This document shows, piece by piece, positions 1-7,727 of a stretch of 32,000 nt of DNA. Made by a program: the position numbers and the translations under genes. Source of the DNA: Kineococcus radiotolerans SRS30216 = ATCC BAA-149 (GTDB lineage Bacteria > Actinomycetota > Actinomycetes > Actinomycetales > Kineococcaceae); the NCBI RefSeq assembly GCF_000017305.1, contig NC_009664.2, positions 1,110,001 to 1,142,000 of the forward strand, read 5' to 3'. Under the pieces are notes generated by a model. The model worked only from the letters and a program-made list of their open reading frames with translations. It ran no database searches and was not told the origin of the DNA. Each line of letters begins with the position of its first letter. The first letter of the stretch is position 1.

Positions 1-78
1 GCGGTCGGCGAGGCGGTCACGTGCTTCACCCTAGCCACGCCCCGCGACGTGCCGTCGGAGCCGGGGCGGCCTCGCTTG

Positions 79-84
79 TAGGGT
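79..84 (+). promoter_or_regulatory. Candidate -10 hexamer (TAGGGT) for dapD with leaderless-type geometry
   Basis: TAGGGT fits the actinobacterial -10 consensus TANNNT. Only 7 nt (85-91) separate it from the GTG at 92, with no Shine-Dalgarno in between. This is a single hexamer match. Confidence 0.3.
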
Positions 85-91
85 CACCTGC

Positions 92-1084
92 GTGAGCGAG
101 CAGACGGGCACCGGCACCGCGCAGCAGACCGACCGGGGGGCGCGGCGCGCCTGGGGCCACGGCCTCGCCACGGTCGCGGCCGACGGGACGGTGCTCGACG
201 TCTGGTACCCCTTCCCCGAGCTGGGTCCCAACCCGCACACGGGGTCCTACGGGGTCCCGGCCGAGCTGGCCTCGCTGGAGGACGCCGACCCGCACCGCCG
301 GGTCAAGCAGCGCGTGGTGACGACCGAGGCCGACCTCGACACCCCGCCGGTCGACACCGCCGACGCCTACCTGCGCCTGCACCTGCTCTCCCACCGCCTG
401 GTCGCCCCGCACGGGCTGAACCTGGACGGGATCTTCGGCGTGCTCGCCAACGTGGTGTGGACCAACCACGGCCCGTGCGCGGTGGAGGACTTCGAGCGCA
501 CCCGCCTGGCGCTGCGGGCCAACGTCGGCCCCGTGACGGTGCTGGGCATCGACAAGTTCCCGCGCATGACCGACTACGTGACGCCGACGGGGGTGCGCAT
601 CGCCGACGCCGACCGCGTGCGCCTGGGCGCGCACCTGGCCCCGGGCACCACGGTCATGCACGAGGGCTTCGTGAACTTCAACGCCGGCACGGTCGGGGTC
701 TCGATGGTCGAGGGCCGCATCTCGGCCGGGGTCGTCGTGGGCGACGGCTCCGACGTCGGCGGCGGCGCCTCGATCATGGGGACGCTGTCGGGGGGCGGCA
801 AGGAGGTCGTGAGCATCGGCGAGCGCACGCTGCTGGGGGCGAACTCCGGCACGGGCATCTCCCTGGGCGACGACTGCGTGGTGGAGGCGGGGACGTACAT
901 CACCGCCGGCACCAAGGTGACGCTGCTGGACCGCGACGGCGCCGTGGACCGGGTCGTGTCCGCGCGCACGCTGTCCGGTTCGGACGGGCTGCTGTTCCGC
1001 CGCAACTCCGTCACGGGCCAGGTCGAGGCCCTGCCCCGGCGGGGCGTGAAGGTGGAGCTGAACCCCGCCCTGCACGCCAACTGA
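92..1084 (+). CDS. dapD: 2,3,4,5-tetrahydropyridine-2,6-dicarboxylate N-succinyltransferase (actinobacterial type)
   Basis: 330-aa ORF. The C-terminal left-handed beta-helix/hexapeptide region ([36 protein letters not shown]...[29 protein letters not shown]) and overall layout are typical of long actinobacterial DapD. dapC lies in the same window. Confidence 0.9.
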   Translation: MSEQTGTGTAQQTDRGARRAWGHGLATVAADGTVLDVWYPFPELGPNPHTGSYGVPAELASLEDADPHRRVKQRVVTTEADLDTPPVDTADAYLRLHLLSHRLVAPHGLNLDGIFGVLANVVWTNHGPCAVEDFERTRLALRANVGPVTVLGIDKFPRMTDYVTPTGVRIADADRVRLGAHLAPGTTVMHEGFVNFNAGTVGVSMVEGRISAGVVVGDGSDVGGGASIMGTLSGGGKEVVSIGERTLLGANSGTGISLGDDCVVEAGTYITAGTKVTLLDRDGAVDRVVSARTLSGSDGLLFRRNSVTGQVEALPRRGVKVELNPALHAN

Positions 1085-1085
1085 G

Positions 1086-2015
1086 GTGCCCGCGAGCCCT
1101 CGACCCCACCGGCGCCCCTCCCCCGGGGCCCGGCACACCCGCCGGTTGCGGCTGGCCGCCACCCTGGCCACCGTCGGTGTCCTCGCCACCGCCGGGATCG
1201 TCTGGATCACCGGGGACGGCGAGGTGCCGCTCGTGCGCGAGCGCTGCTCGGCGACGGTCGACGGGGAGTCGACGTCGATGTCGCCGGAGCAGGCCGCCAA
1301 CGCGGCCACCGTCGTGGGGATCGCGGTGCGCCGCGGGCTGCCCGCGCGCGCGGCGACGATCGGGATCGCCACGATCGTCCAGGAGTCGGGGATGCGGAAC
1401 CTCGACCACGGCGACCGGGACTCCCTCGGCCTGTTCCAGCAGCGGCCCTCCCAGGGGTGGGGCACCCCGGAGCAGGTGCAGGACCCGGTCTTCGCGACGA
1501 ACGCGTTCTACGACGCGCTGGTGGAGGTCGACGGCTACCGCGACCTGCCGGTGACGGACGCGGCGCAGCGGGTGCAGCGCAGCGGTTTCCCCCTGGCCTA
1601 CGGCGACCACGAGCCGGAGGCCCGCCTGGTGGCCTCGGCGCTGACCGGTTACACCCCGGGGGGTTTCAGCTGCCACCTGCGTCCGGTGGCGACGGAGGTC
1701 CAGGTCGGCGGGGACGAGCAGCTCACCCCCTCCGCCCAGGCCGTCGCCGACGCCGCGGGGGCGCAGGTGACGATCCTGTCCCCCTCGGTCGTGGAGGGTG
1801 CGCAGGGGCGGGCCCTGGAGTACCGGGCGGAGGGCGAGGACGCGGCGCGCACGGCCTGGGCGATCGCCGCGTGGGCCGTGGCCAGCGCCGGGGTGCACCC
1901 GGTGACCGAAGTCAGCGTGGAGGGTTCGCGCTGGAGCCGGGACGCCTCCGGGCGCGGCTGGGTGCCCACCGCCACCGGCGTGCCCGGTGGCGGTGTGCGG
2001 ATCAGCGTCGGCTGA
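1086..2015 (+). CDS. Conserved hypothetical membrane-anchored/secreted protein (possible lysozyme-like fold, unassigned)
   Basis: 309-aa ORF starting at a GTG 2 nt after the dapD stop. It has an Arg-rich N-terminus followed by one hydrophobic helix (LAATLATVGVLATAGIVWI), and the motif QESGMRN...DSLGLFQQRPSQGWG. I cannot name a family with confidence. Confidence 0.7.
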   Translation: MPASPRPHRRPSPGARHTRRLRLAATLATVGVLATAGIVWITGDGEVPLVRERCSATVDGESTSMSPEQAANAATVVGIAVRRGLPARAATIGIATIVQESGMRNLDHGDRDSLGLFQQRPSQGWGTPEQVQDPVFATNAFYDALVEVDGYRDLPVTDAAQRVQRSGFPLAYGDHEPEARLVASALTGYTPGGFSCHLRPVATEVQVGGDEQLTPSAQAVADAAGAQVTILSPSVVEGAQGRALEYRAEGEDAARTAWAIAAWAVASAGVHPVTEVSVEGSRWSRDASGRGWVPTATGVPGGGVRISVG

Positions 2016-2030
2016 CCCCGCGGCCGGGGG

Positions 2031-2035
<5 letters not shown>
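2011..2035. terminator. Bidirectional terminator-like hairpin between convergent genes
   Basis: Perfect 9-bp stem GCTGACCCC (2011-2019) / GGGGTCAGC (2027-2035) with a 7-nt loop. The stems contain the TGA of the + gene (2013-2015) and the stop of gltA (2031-2033). There is no U-tract, which is common in high-GC actinobacteria. Confidence 0.5.
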
Positions 2036-3317
<1,282 letters not shown>

Positions 3318-3323
3318 GTCGCG

Positions 3324-3329
3324 ACCGTA
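3324..3329 (-). promoter_or_regulatory. Candidate -10 hexamer TACGGT for leaderless gltA
   Basis: The minus strand reads TACGGT-cgcgac-ATG. The TANNNT hexamer sits exactly 6 nt before the start codon, with no SD. Confidence 0.4.
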
Positions 3330-3395
3330 CCCGCCCCCGTCGACGGTGCCCAACACAGGTCCGTCACACCCGTGGCGGACCCGTCCCGGGCACGA

Positions 3396-4565
3396 TCAGG
3401 CCAGGTCCGCCAGGCGGGCGGGCACCTCGCCGATGCGCTCGTCGGTGGCGGTCAGCGCGATGCGCACGTGCCGGGCCCCGGGGGGGCCGTAGAAGTCGCC
3501 GGGGGCGGCGAGGACCCCCCGCTCGGCGAGCAGGTCGATCGTGGTGCGGCAGGGTTCCCCGCGGGTGCTCCACAGGTACAGCCCCGCCGCGGAGGCGTCG
3601 ACGCGGAAGCCCGCGCGCTCCAGCGCCGGGCGCAGCACCTCGCGGCGGGCCCGGTAGCGCTCGCGCTGCGCGGCGACGTGCTCGTCGTCGCCCAGCGCGG
3701 CCCGCAGGGCGACCTGGACGGGCCAGGGCACGATCATCCCGGCGTGCTTGCGCAGCTCCAGCAGCTCCCGCACCAGGGCGACGTCACCGGCGAGGAACGC
3801 GGCGCGGTAGCCGGCGAGGTTGGACTGCTTGGAGGTCGAGTACGCCACCAGCAGCCCGGTGTGGTCGCCCCCGCAGACCCGGGGGTCCAGGACGGAGGGG
3901 ACCAGGCCGCCGCGGGTGGTGTCGTGGGCCGCGTCCCAGCCGAGCTCGGCGTAGCACTCGTCGGAGGCCACGACGACGTCGCGGGCGCGGGCCCAGTCCA
4001 CCAGCGCGGCGAGCTCGCCCACCGAGCGCACGGCCCCGGTCGGGTTGGACGGGGAGTTCAGCCACAGCAGGCGCACCCGCCGCCCGGCCTCCCAGGCCGC
4101 GTCGAGCTCCTCGACGGTGTCCGCGCCCAGCGGGGTCGCACCGGCCAGGCGGGCCCCCACGTCGTAGGTGGGGTAGGCGACGGCGGGGTGGGCGACGACG
4201 TCGCCGTCGCCCAGGCCCAGCAGGAGCGGCAGCCAGGCCACGAGCTCCTTGGAGCCGACCGTCGGCAGCACCCCGTCGGGGTCGAGCCCGGGCACCCCGC
4301 GCCGGCGGGCGAACCAGGACGCCACGGTCTCGCGCAGCGCGGGGGTGCCGTGGGTCTGGGGGTACCCGGGGGCGTCCGCGGCCGAGCGCAGCGCGTCGGC
4401 GACGACCGCGGGGGTCGCGTCGACGGGGGTGCCGACGGAGAGGTCGACGATCCCGCCCGGGTGGGCCGCGGCGCGGGCCTTGGCGGCGGCCAGGGAGTCC
4501 CAGGGGAAGTCCGGCAGCGACGCGCCGACCCGGCGGCGCGGGGGGTGCTGGGTCGGCGCGCTCAC
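3396..4565 (-). CDS. dapC: Succinyldiaminopimelate aminotransferase (class I PLP aminotransferase)
   Basis: The N-terminus LPDFPWDSLAAAKARAAAHPGGIVDLSVGTPVD, NSPSNPTG, and the PLP-lysine motif YSTSKQSNLAGYRAAF are present. Start is GTG at 4565, preceded by GAGGGG. The track ORF extends to 4868 only because the frame stays open through fdxA. The gene lies 1 nt after the fdxA stop, so they form an operon. Confidence 0.8.
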   Translation of the reverse strand: MSAPTQHPPRRRVGASLPDFPWDSLAAAKARAAAHPGGIVDLSVGTPVDATPAVVADALRSAADAPGYPQTHGTPALRETVASWFARRRGVPGLDPDGVLPTVGSKELVAWLPLLLGLGDGDVVAHPAVAYPTYDVGARLAGATPLGADTVEELDAAWEAGRRVRLLWLNSPSNPTGAVRSVGELAALVDWARARDVVVASDECYAELGWDAAHDTTRGGLVPSVLDPRVCGGDHTGLLVAYSTSKQSNLAGYRAAFLAGDVALVRELLELRKHAGMIVPWPVQVALRAALGDDEHVAAQRERYRARREVLRPALERAGFRVDASAAGLYLWSTRGEPCRTTIDLLAERGVLAAPGDFYGPPGARHVRIALTATDERIGEVPARLADLA

Positions 4566-4566
4566 C

Positions 4567-4893
4567 TCAGTGCCCCTCGCCCTGCGGGGGCAGCGAGCGG
4601 ACGACGGGGTGGTCGAGGTCGATGAGGCCCAGCTTGGCCGCCCCGCCGGGCGAGCCGACGGTGTCGAAGAACTCGACGTTGGCCGCGGTGAAGGCCGACC
4701 ACTGCTCGGGGACGTCGTCCTCGTAGTAGATGGCCTCCACGGGGCACACGGGCTCGCAGGCGCCGCAGTCGACGCACTCGTCGGGCTGGATGTACAGGGA
4801 CCGGTTGCCCTCGTAGATGCAGTCGACGGGGCACTCCTCGATGCACGCCTTGTCCTTGACGTCCACACAGGGCTGCGCGATCACGTAGGTCAC
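4567..4893 (-). CDS. fdxA: 7Fe ferredoxin ([3Fe-4S][4Fe-4S])
   Basis: 108 aa beginning VTYVIAQPCVDVKDKACIEECPVDCIYEG…CVDCGACEPVCPVEAIYYEDD, with the classic Cys clusters. The GTG at 4893 is preceded by GGAGGAGGAGGA. The upstream 377 codons of the track ORF are Arg/Gly/Pro junk. Confidence 0.9.
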   Translation of the reverse strand: MTYVIAQPCVDVKDKACIEECPVDCIYEGNRSLYIQPDECVDCGACEPVCPVEAIYYEDDVPEQWSAFTAANVEFFDTVGSPGGAAKLGLIDLDHPVVRSLPPQGEGH

Positions 4894-4938
4894 GGGTTGT
4901 CCTCCTCCTCCGGCGGACGGGCGGCCGGAACCGCCTCC

Positions 4939-4944
4939 TAGTAT
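4939..4944 (+). promoter_or_regulatory. Candidate -10 hexamer TAGTAT upstream of the GNAT gene
   Basis: This is the only AT-rich TANNNT match in the 102-bp divergent region. It lies about 50 nt upstream of GTG 4996, which has the SD GAGGAGGA at 4983-4990. Confidence 0.25.
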
Positions 4945-4995
4945 CGCCGACGCGCGCCGGCCCGCGCGCACGAGCACAGCCCGAGGAGGACCACC

Positions 4996-6048
4996 GTGGC
5001 CGAGGTCACCCCACCACCCGCCCCGGCGCCCGGCTCGCCACCCGCCGCGGCGACCGCCCCTGGGGCCCGCGTCGGCGACCTCCGCGCGGGGACGCGGGTC
5101 GTGGTGCGCCACCGGCTGCCCGACGGGTCGGCCCGCGACGCCCTGGGCGACCTGGTCGGGGCCGACGCCGCGACGCTGCGGGTCGCGACCCGCCGCGGCG
5201 AGGTCGTCGTCGCCCGCGCGGACGTGATCGCGGCCAAGGCGGTCCCGCCGCCGCCGGTGCGCCGGGGTCGGCCGCACACCGCGATCGGCGTCGAGGACCT
5301 GGAGCGGGTGATGGCCGAGCACTGGCGCCCCCTGGAGCGGCGCGACCTCGGCGGCTGGCGGTTGCGGGCCGGCGGGGGGTTCACCGGGCGGGCGAACTCG
5401 GCCCTGGCCGTGGGCGACCCGGGGCTGGACCTGCCGGGCGCGCTCGCCCGGGTTGAGGCCTTCTACGCCGAGCGGGGGCTGCCGGCGCTGGTCGCGGTGC
5501 CCCACCCGGCCCCGGGGCTGGGCGAGGACCTCGACGTGGTGGCCCTGCTGGCCGCGCGGGGGTGGGCGGTCCGCACGCCGACGCTGGTGATGACGGTCGC
5601 GACCGACGACCTGGCCGGGGCGGCGGAGGTGCCGCTGCCGCCCGGCGCGCGCGTGGTCACCTCCGCCACCCCGGACGAGGACTGGCTGGCCCGCTACCGC
5701 TACCTGGGCAGCCCGGGCGTGCCCCCGGCCGGGCGGCGGATCCTCGTCTCCGCCGACGAGCAGGTCTTCGTCCGCGTCCTGGACGGGGAGGAGACCGTGG
5801 CGATCGCCCGCGGGTCGCTCTCGCCCGGGTGGGCGGGGGTGACGGCGGTGGAGACCGTCCCCGCCCACCGCCGCCGCGGGCTGGGCCGCCGGCTGCTGGC
5901 CGAGGTCGCCGACTGGGCCCGCTCGCGCGGTGCGGCCTCCACGTACCTGCAGGTCAGCGCGGACAACACCGGGGCCCGCGCGCTGTACGGGGGCGCGGGG
6001 TTCGGGGTCCACCACGCCTACCACTACCGGGTGGCGCCGCCCTCCTGA
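4996..6048 (+). CDS. GNAT family N-acetyltransferase
   Basis: 350 aa. The C-terminal acetyl-CoA-binding motif is VETVPAHRRRGLGRRLLAEVADWARSRGA…YLQVSADNTGARALYGGAGF. The central motif GWRLRAGGGFTGRANSAL is typical of a two-lobed GNAT. Confidence 0.75.
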   Translation: MAEVTPPPAPAPGSPPAAATAPGARVGDLRAGTRVVVRHRLPDGSARDALGDLVGADAATLRVATRRGEVVVARADVIAAKAVPPPPVRRGRPHTAIGVEDLERVMAEHWRPLERRDLGGWRLRAGGGFTGRANSALAVGDPGLDLPGALARVEAFYAERGLPALVAVPHPAPGLGEDLDVVALLAARGWAVRTPTLVMTVATDDLAGAAEVPLPPGARVVTSATPDEDWLARYRYLGSPGVPPAGRRILVSADEQVFVRVLDGEETVAIARGSLSPGWAGVTAVETVPAHRRRGLGRRLLAEVADWARSRGAASTYLQVSADNTGARALYGGAGFGVHHAYHYRVAPPS

Positions 6049-7292
6049 GCGCGCACGGCGGCGGGGTCGACGGAGGCGTGGGTGCCGACGTCCCAGACGA
6101 AGGGCGGTTCGGTGCCGTTGACGGACCAGTCGCCCACGATCCGCTGCTTGTAGATCACCGGGTTGTGCGAGGCGACGGTGCGCGCGTTGCGCCAGTGCCG
6201 GTCCAGGGCGCGGGCGCGGGAGGTGCCCGAGGCGCCGAGGGTGTCGAACAGCAGGGTCGCCGCGCGCGGCACCGACTCGCAGAGCACCACCTGGGCCTGC
6301 GCAGTGCGGATCTCCGCCTCCACGTTCGCCGCGCGGTCGGCCTCGGTGCCGGGCCGGTGGGCGGTGTCGGCGGCGGCCTGAACGGCCTGCGCCGCGGCCC
6401 GCACCAGGGCGCGGGCGGTGAAGGCGATCGAGGAGATCTCCCCGGCCACCGACAGCACCTGCGCGTCGTGGCGGGCCAGGGGGGCGAGCCCGTGGGTGTA
6501 GCTGCGGGTGCGGGCGCGCACCTCGCGCCCGGTGTCGCGCTCGACGGCCGCGGCGATCCCGGCCTGCACCGCGAGCAGCACGAGCTGGTACAGGGCGGTC
6601 TGGTAGCGGAAGCGCGCGGTGAAGGGGCTCACGTCGTCCGGGTCGACCTCGACGTCGTCGAGGACGAGGGTCCCGGTGCCGGTGAGCTGCTGGCCGAAGC
6701 CGTCCCAGTCGTCGGAGACCGTCGTCCCGGCGGCCCGGACGGGGACGAGGACCGTGACGACCTCGGAGGTGCCGTCGTCGGCGAGGCGGCGGGCGGTGGC
6801 GTCGGTCCAGTCCGCGTAGATCGTGCCCGTCGTGTAGTACTTGCGCCCCGAGACGGTGGTGCGGCCCGCGCGGGTGGTGACGAGGGTCTGCTGCCGGCCG
6901 GTGACCCCGTCGCCGACCTCGCTCCAGGCGTTGCCGACCAGCTCGCCGGCGGCGATCCGCCGGGCCCAGCGCGCGCGGTGCTCCCCCGCCGGCAGGCTGA
7001 GGACCTGCTCGACCCAGGCGATGTGCCCGCGGAACACCTGCGGCAGGTTGGAGTCGGCCGCGGCGAGGTCGACGAGCAGGTCGGCGAACTCGACGAGGTC
7101 GAGCCCCTCCCCGCCCTCCTCGACGGGGAGGCGCAGCCGGCCGAGACCGGCGTCGAGCAGTTCGCGCACCTGCGCGCGGGGCAGCTCGTGGTCCTGCTCG
7201 CGCTGCACCGCACCGGCGGCGATGCGCTCCAGCACGGGCGCGAGGCGCTGCCGGGCGGTGGTGGCGGGGACGGGCGGGGTGGTGGTGGTCAC
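6024..7292 (-). CDS. Acyl-CoA dehydrogenase-fold flavin-dependent oxidoreductase (SfnB/DszC-like)
   Basis: 422 aa. Features include GNAWSE…G, G.KYYTTGTIYADW, and a C-terminal helical domain ending RHWRNARTVASHNP. The GTG at 7292 is preceded by GAGGAG 7 nt upstream. Subfamily assignment is from memory of SfnB-type sequences. Confidence 0.72.
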   Translation of the reverse strand: MTTTTPPVPATTARQRLAPVLERIAAGAVQREQDHELPRAQVRELLDAGLGRLRLPVEEGGEGLDLVEFADLLVDLAAADSNLPQVFRGHIAWVEQVLSLPAGEHRARWARRIAAGELVGNAWSEVGDGVTGRQQTLVTTRAGRTTVSGRKYYTTGTIYADWTDATARRLADDGTSEVVTVLVPVRAAGTTVSDDWDGFGQQLTGTGTLVLDDVEVDPDDVSPFTARFRYQTALYQLVLLAVQAGIAAAVERDTGREVRARTRSYTHGLAPLARHDAQVLSVAGEISSIAFTARALVRAAAQAVQAAADTAHRPGTEADRAANVEAEIRTAQAQVVLCESVPRAATLLFDTLGASGTSRARALDRHWRNARTVASHNPVIYKQRIVGDWSVNGTEPPFVWDVGTHASVDPAAVRAQEGGATR

Positions 7293-7420
7293 CGGGGTTC
7301 TCCTCGATCGTGGACGCGTCGGCGACCGGACCGGGAGGCGTGCGGCGGCTCGTCCTTACCCGTGCCGGGGCACCAGGTCAGGTCCTCACCCGGGGCACCC
7401 CACGACGAGGAGGGTTGCCG

Positions 7421-7469
7421 GCCAGCGAGCCGGGGCTTGTCGCTGGCGCTCATGACCTGGCGCCAGCGA
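7421..7469 (-). promoter_or_regulatory. Pair of mutually exclusive hairpins in the leader/upstream region of the SfnB-like gene
   Basis: The elements are GCCAGCGA (7421-7428), TCGCTGGCGC (7440-7449) and GCGCCAGCGA (7460-7469). The middle element can pair with either flank, giving an 8-bp or a 10-bp perfect stem. Confidence 0.3.
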
Positions 7470-7480
7470 ACCACACCCCG

Positions 7481-7560
7481 CGGCGGCGTTCAAGCGCCCG
7501 CGGCGGCGATCGAGCGCCCGCGGCGGCGATCGAGCGCCCGCGGCGGCGATCGAGCGCCCG
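7481..7560. repeat. 20-bp tandem repeat, 4 copies
   Basis: CGGCGGCGATCGAGCGCCCG occurs three times, identical and contiguous (7501-7560). It is preceded by the variant CGGCGGCGTTCAAGCGCCCG (7481-7500) and followed by a degenerate partial unit (GGGCGGACCG…). Confidence 0.92.
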
Positions 7561-7578
7561 GGGCGGACCGCGACGACG

Positions 7579-7723
7579 GAACGGGAACGGCGCGCTCCAG
7601 CCCCCCGGAGCACGTCGTTCCCGTTCTCGTTCCCGCGCGACCGGTGCGGGGACCCCCCGTCCCCCGGTGCGCGAGCCCTGCGTCGCGGTCGTGACTCCCC
7701 TCCTGCGGTCACGACCCGCGACG
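7579..7723 (+). ncRNA. Candidate structured sRNA: three hairpins with C-rich loops (6C-like architecture); strand uncertain
   Basis: Hairpins lie at 7579-7626 (loop AGCCCCCC), 7634-7673 (loop CCCCC) and 7681-7723 (loop TCCCCTCCTGCG), separated by 7-nt linkers. No promoter was identified and there is no expression evidence. Confidence 0.25.
7681..7723 (-). terminator. Terminator-like hairpin 4 nt downstream of the ftsH-like stop
   Basis: CGTCGCGGTCGTGAC (7681-7695) pairs with GTCACGACCCGCGACG (7708-7723). This gives 15 bp with one bulged C and a 12-nt loop. Confidence 0.5.
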
Positions 7724-7727
7724 AGCC

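Noticed and set aside
26-1465. 479-aa minus-strand ORF at the window start
   Set aside because: It lies antisense to dapD and has a junk composition.
3396-6024. Long N-terminal extensions of the dapC (to 4868) and fdxA (to 6024) track ORFs
   Set aside because: The extended parts are Arg/Pro/Ser-rich and overlap other well-supported genes. Internal GTG starts with good SD sequences give proteins of canonical length (390 aa and 108 aa).
7481-7560. Possible CRISPR array
   Set aside because: The units are directly abutting with no spacers, are only 20 bp long, and have no cas genes nearby. This is a simple tandem repeat.
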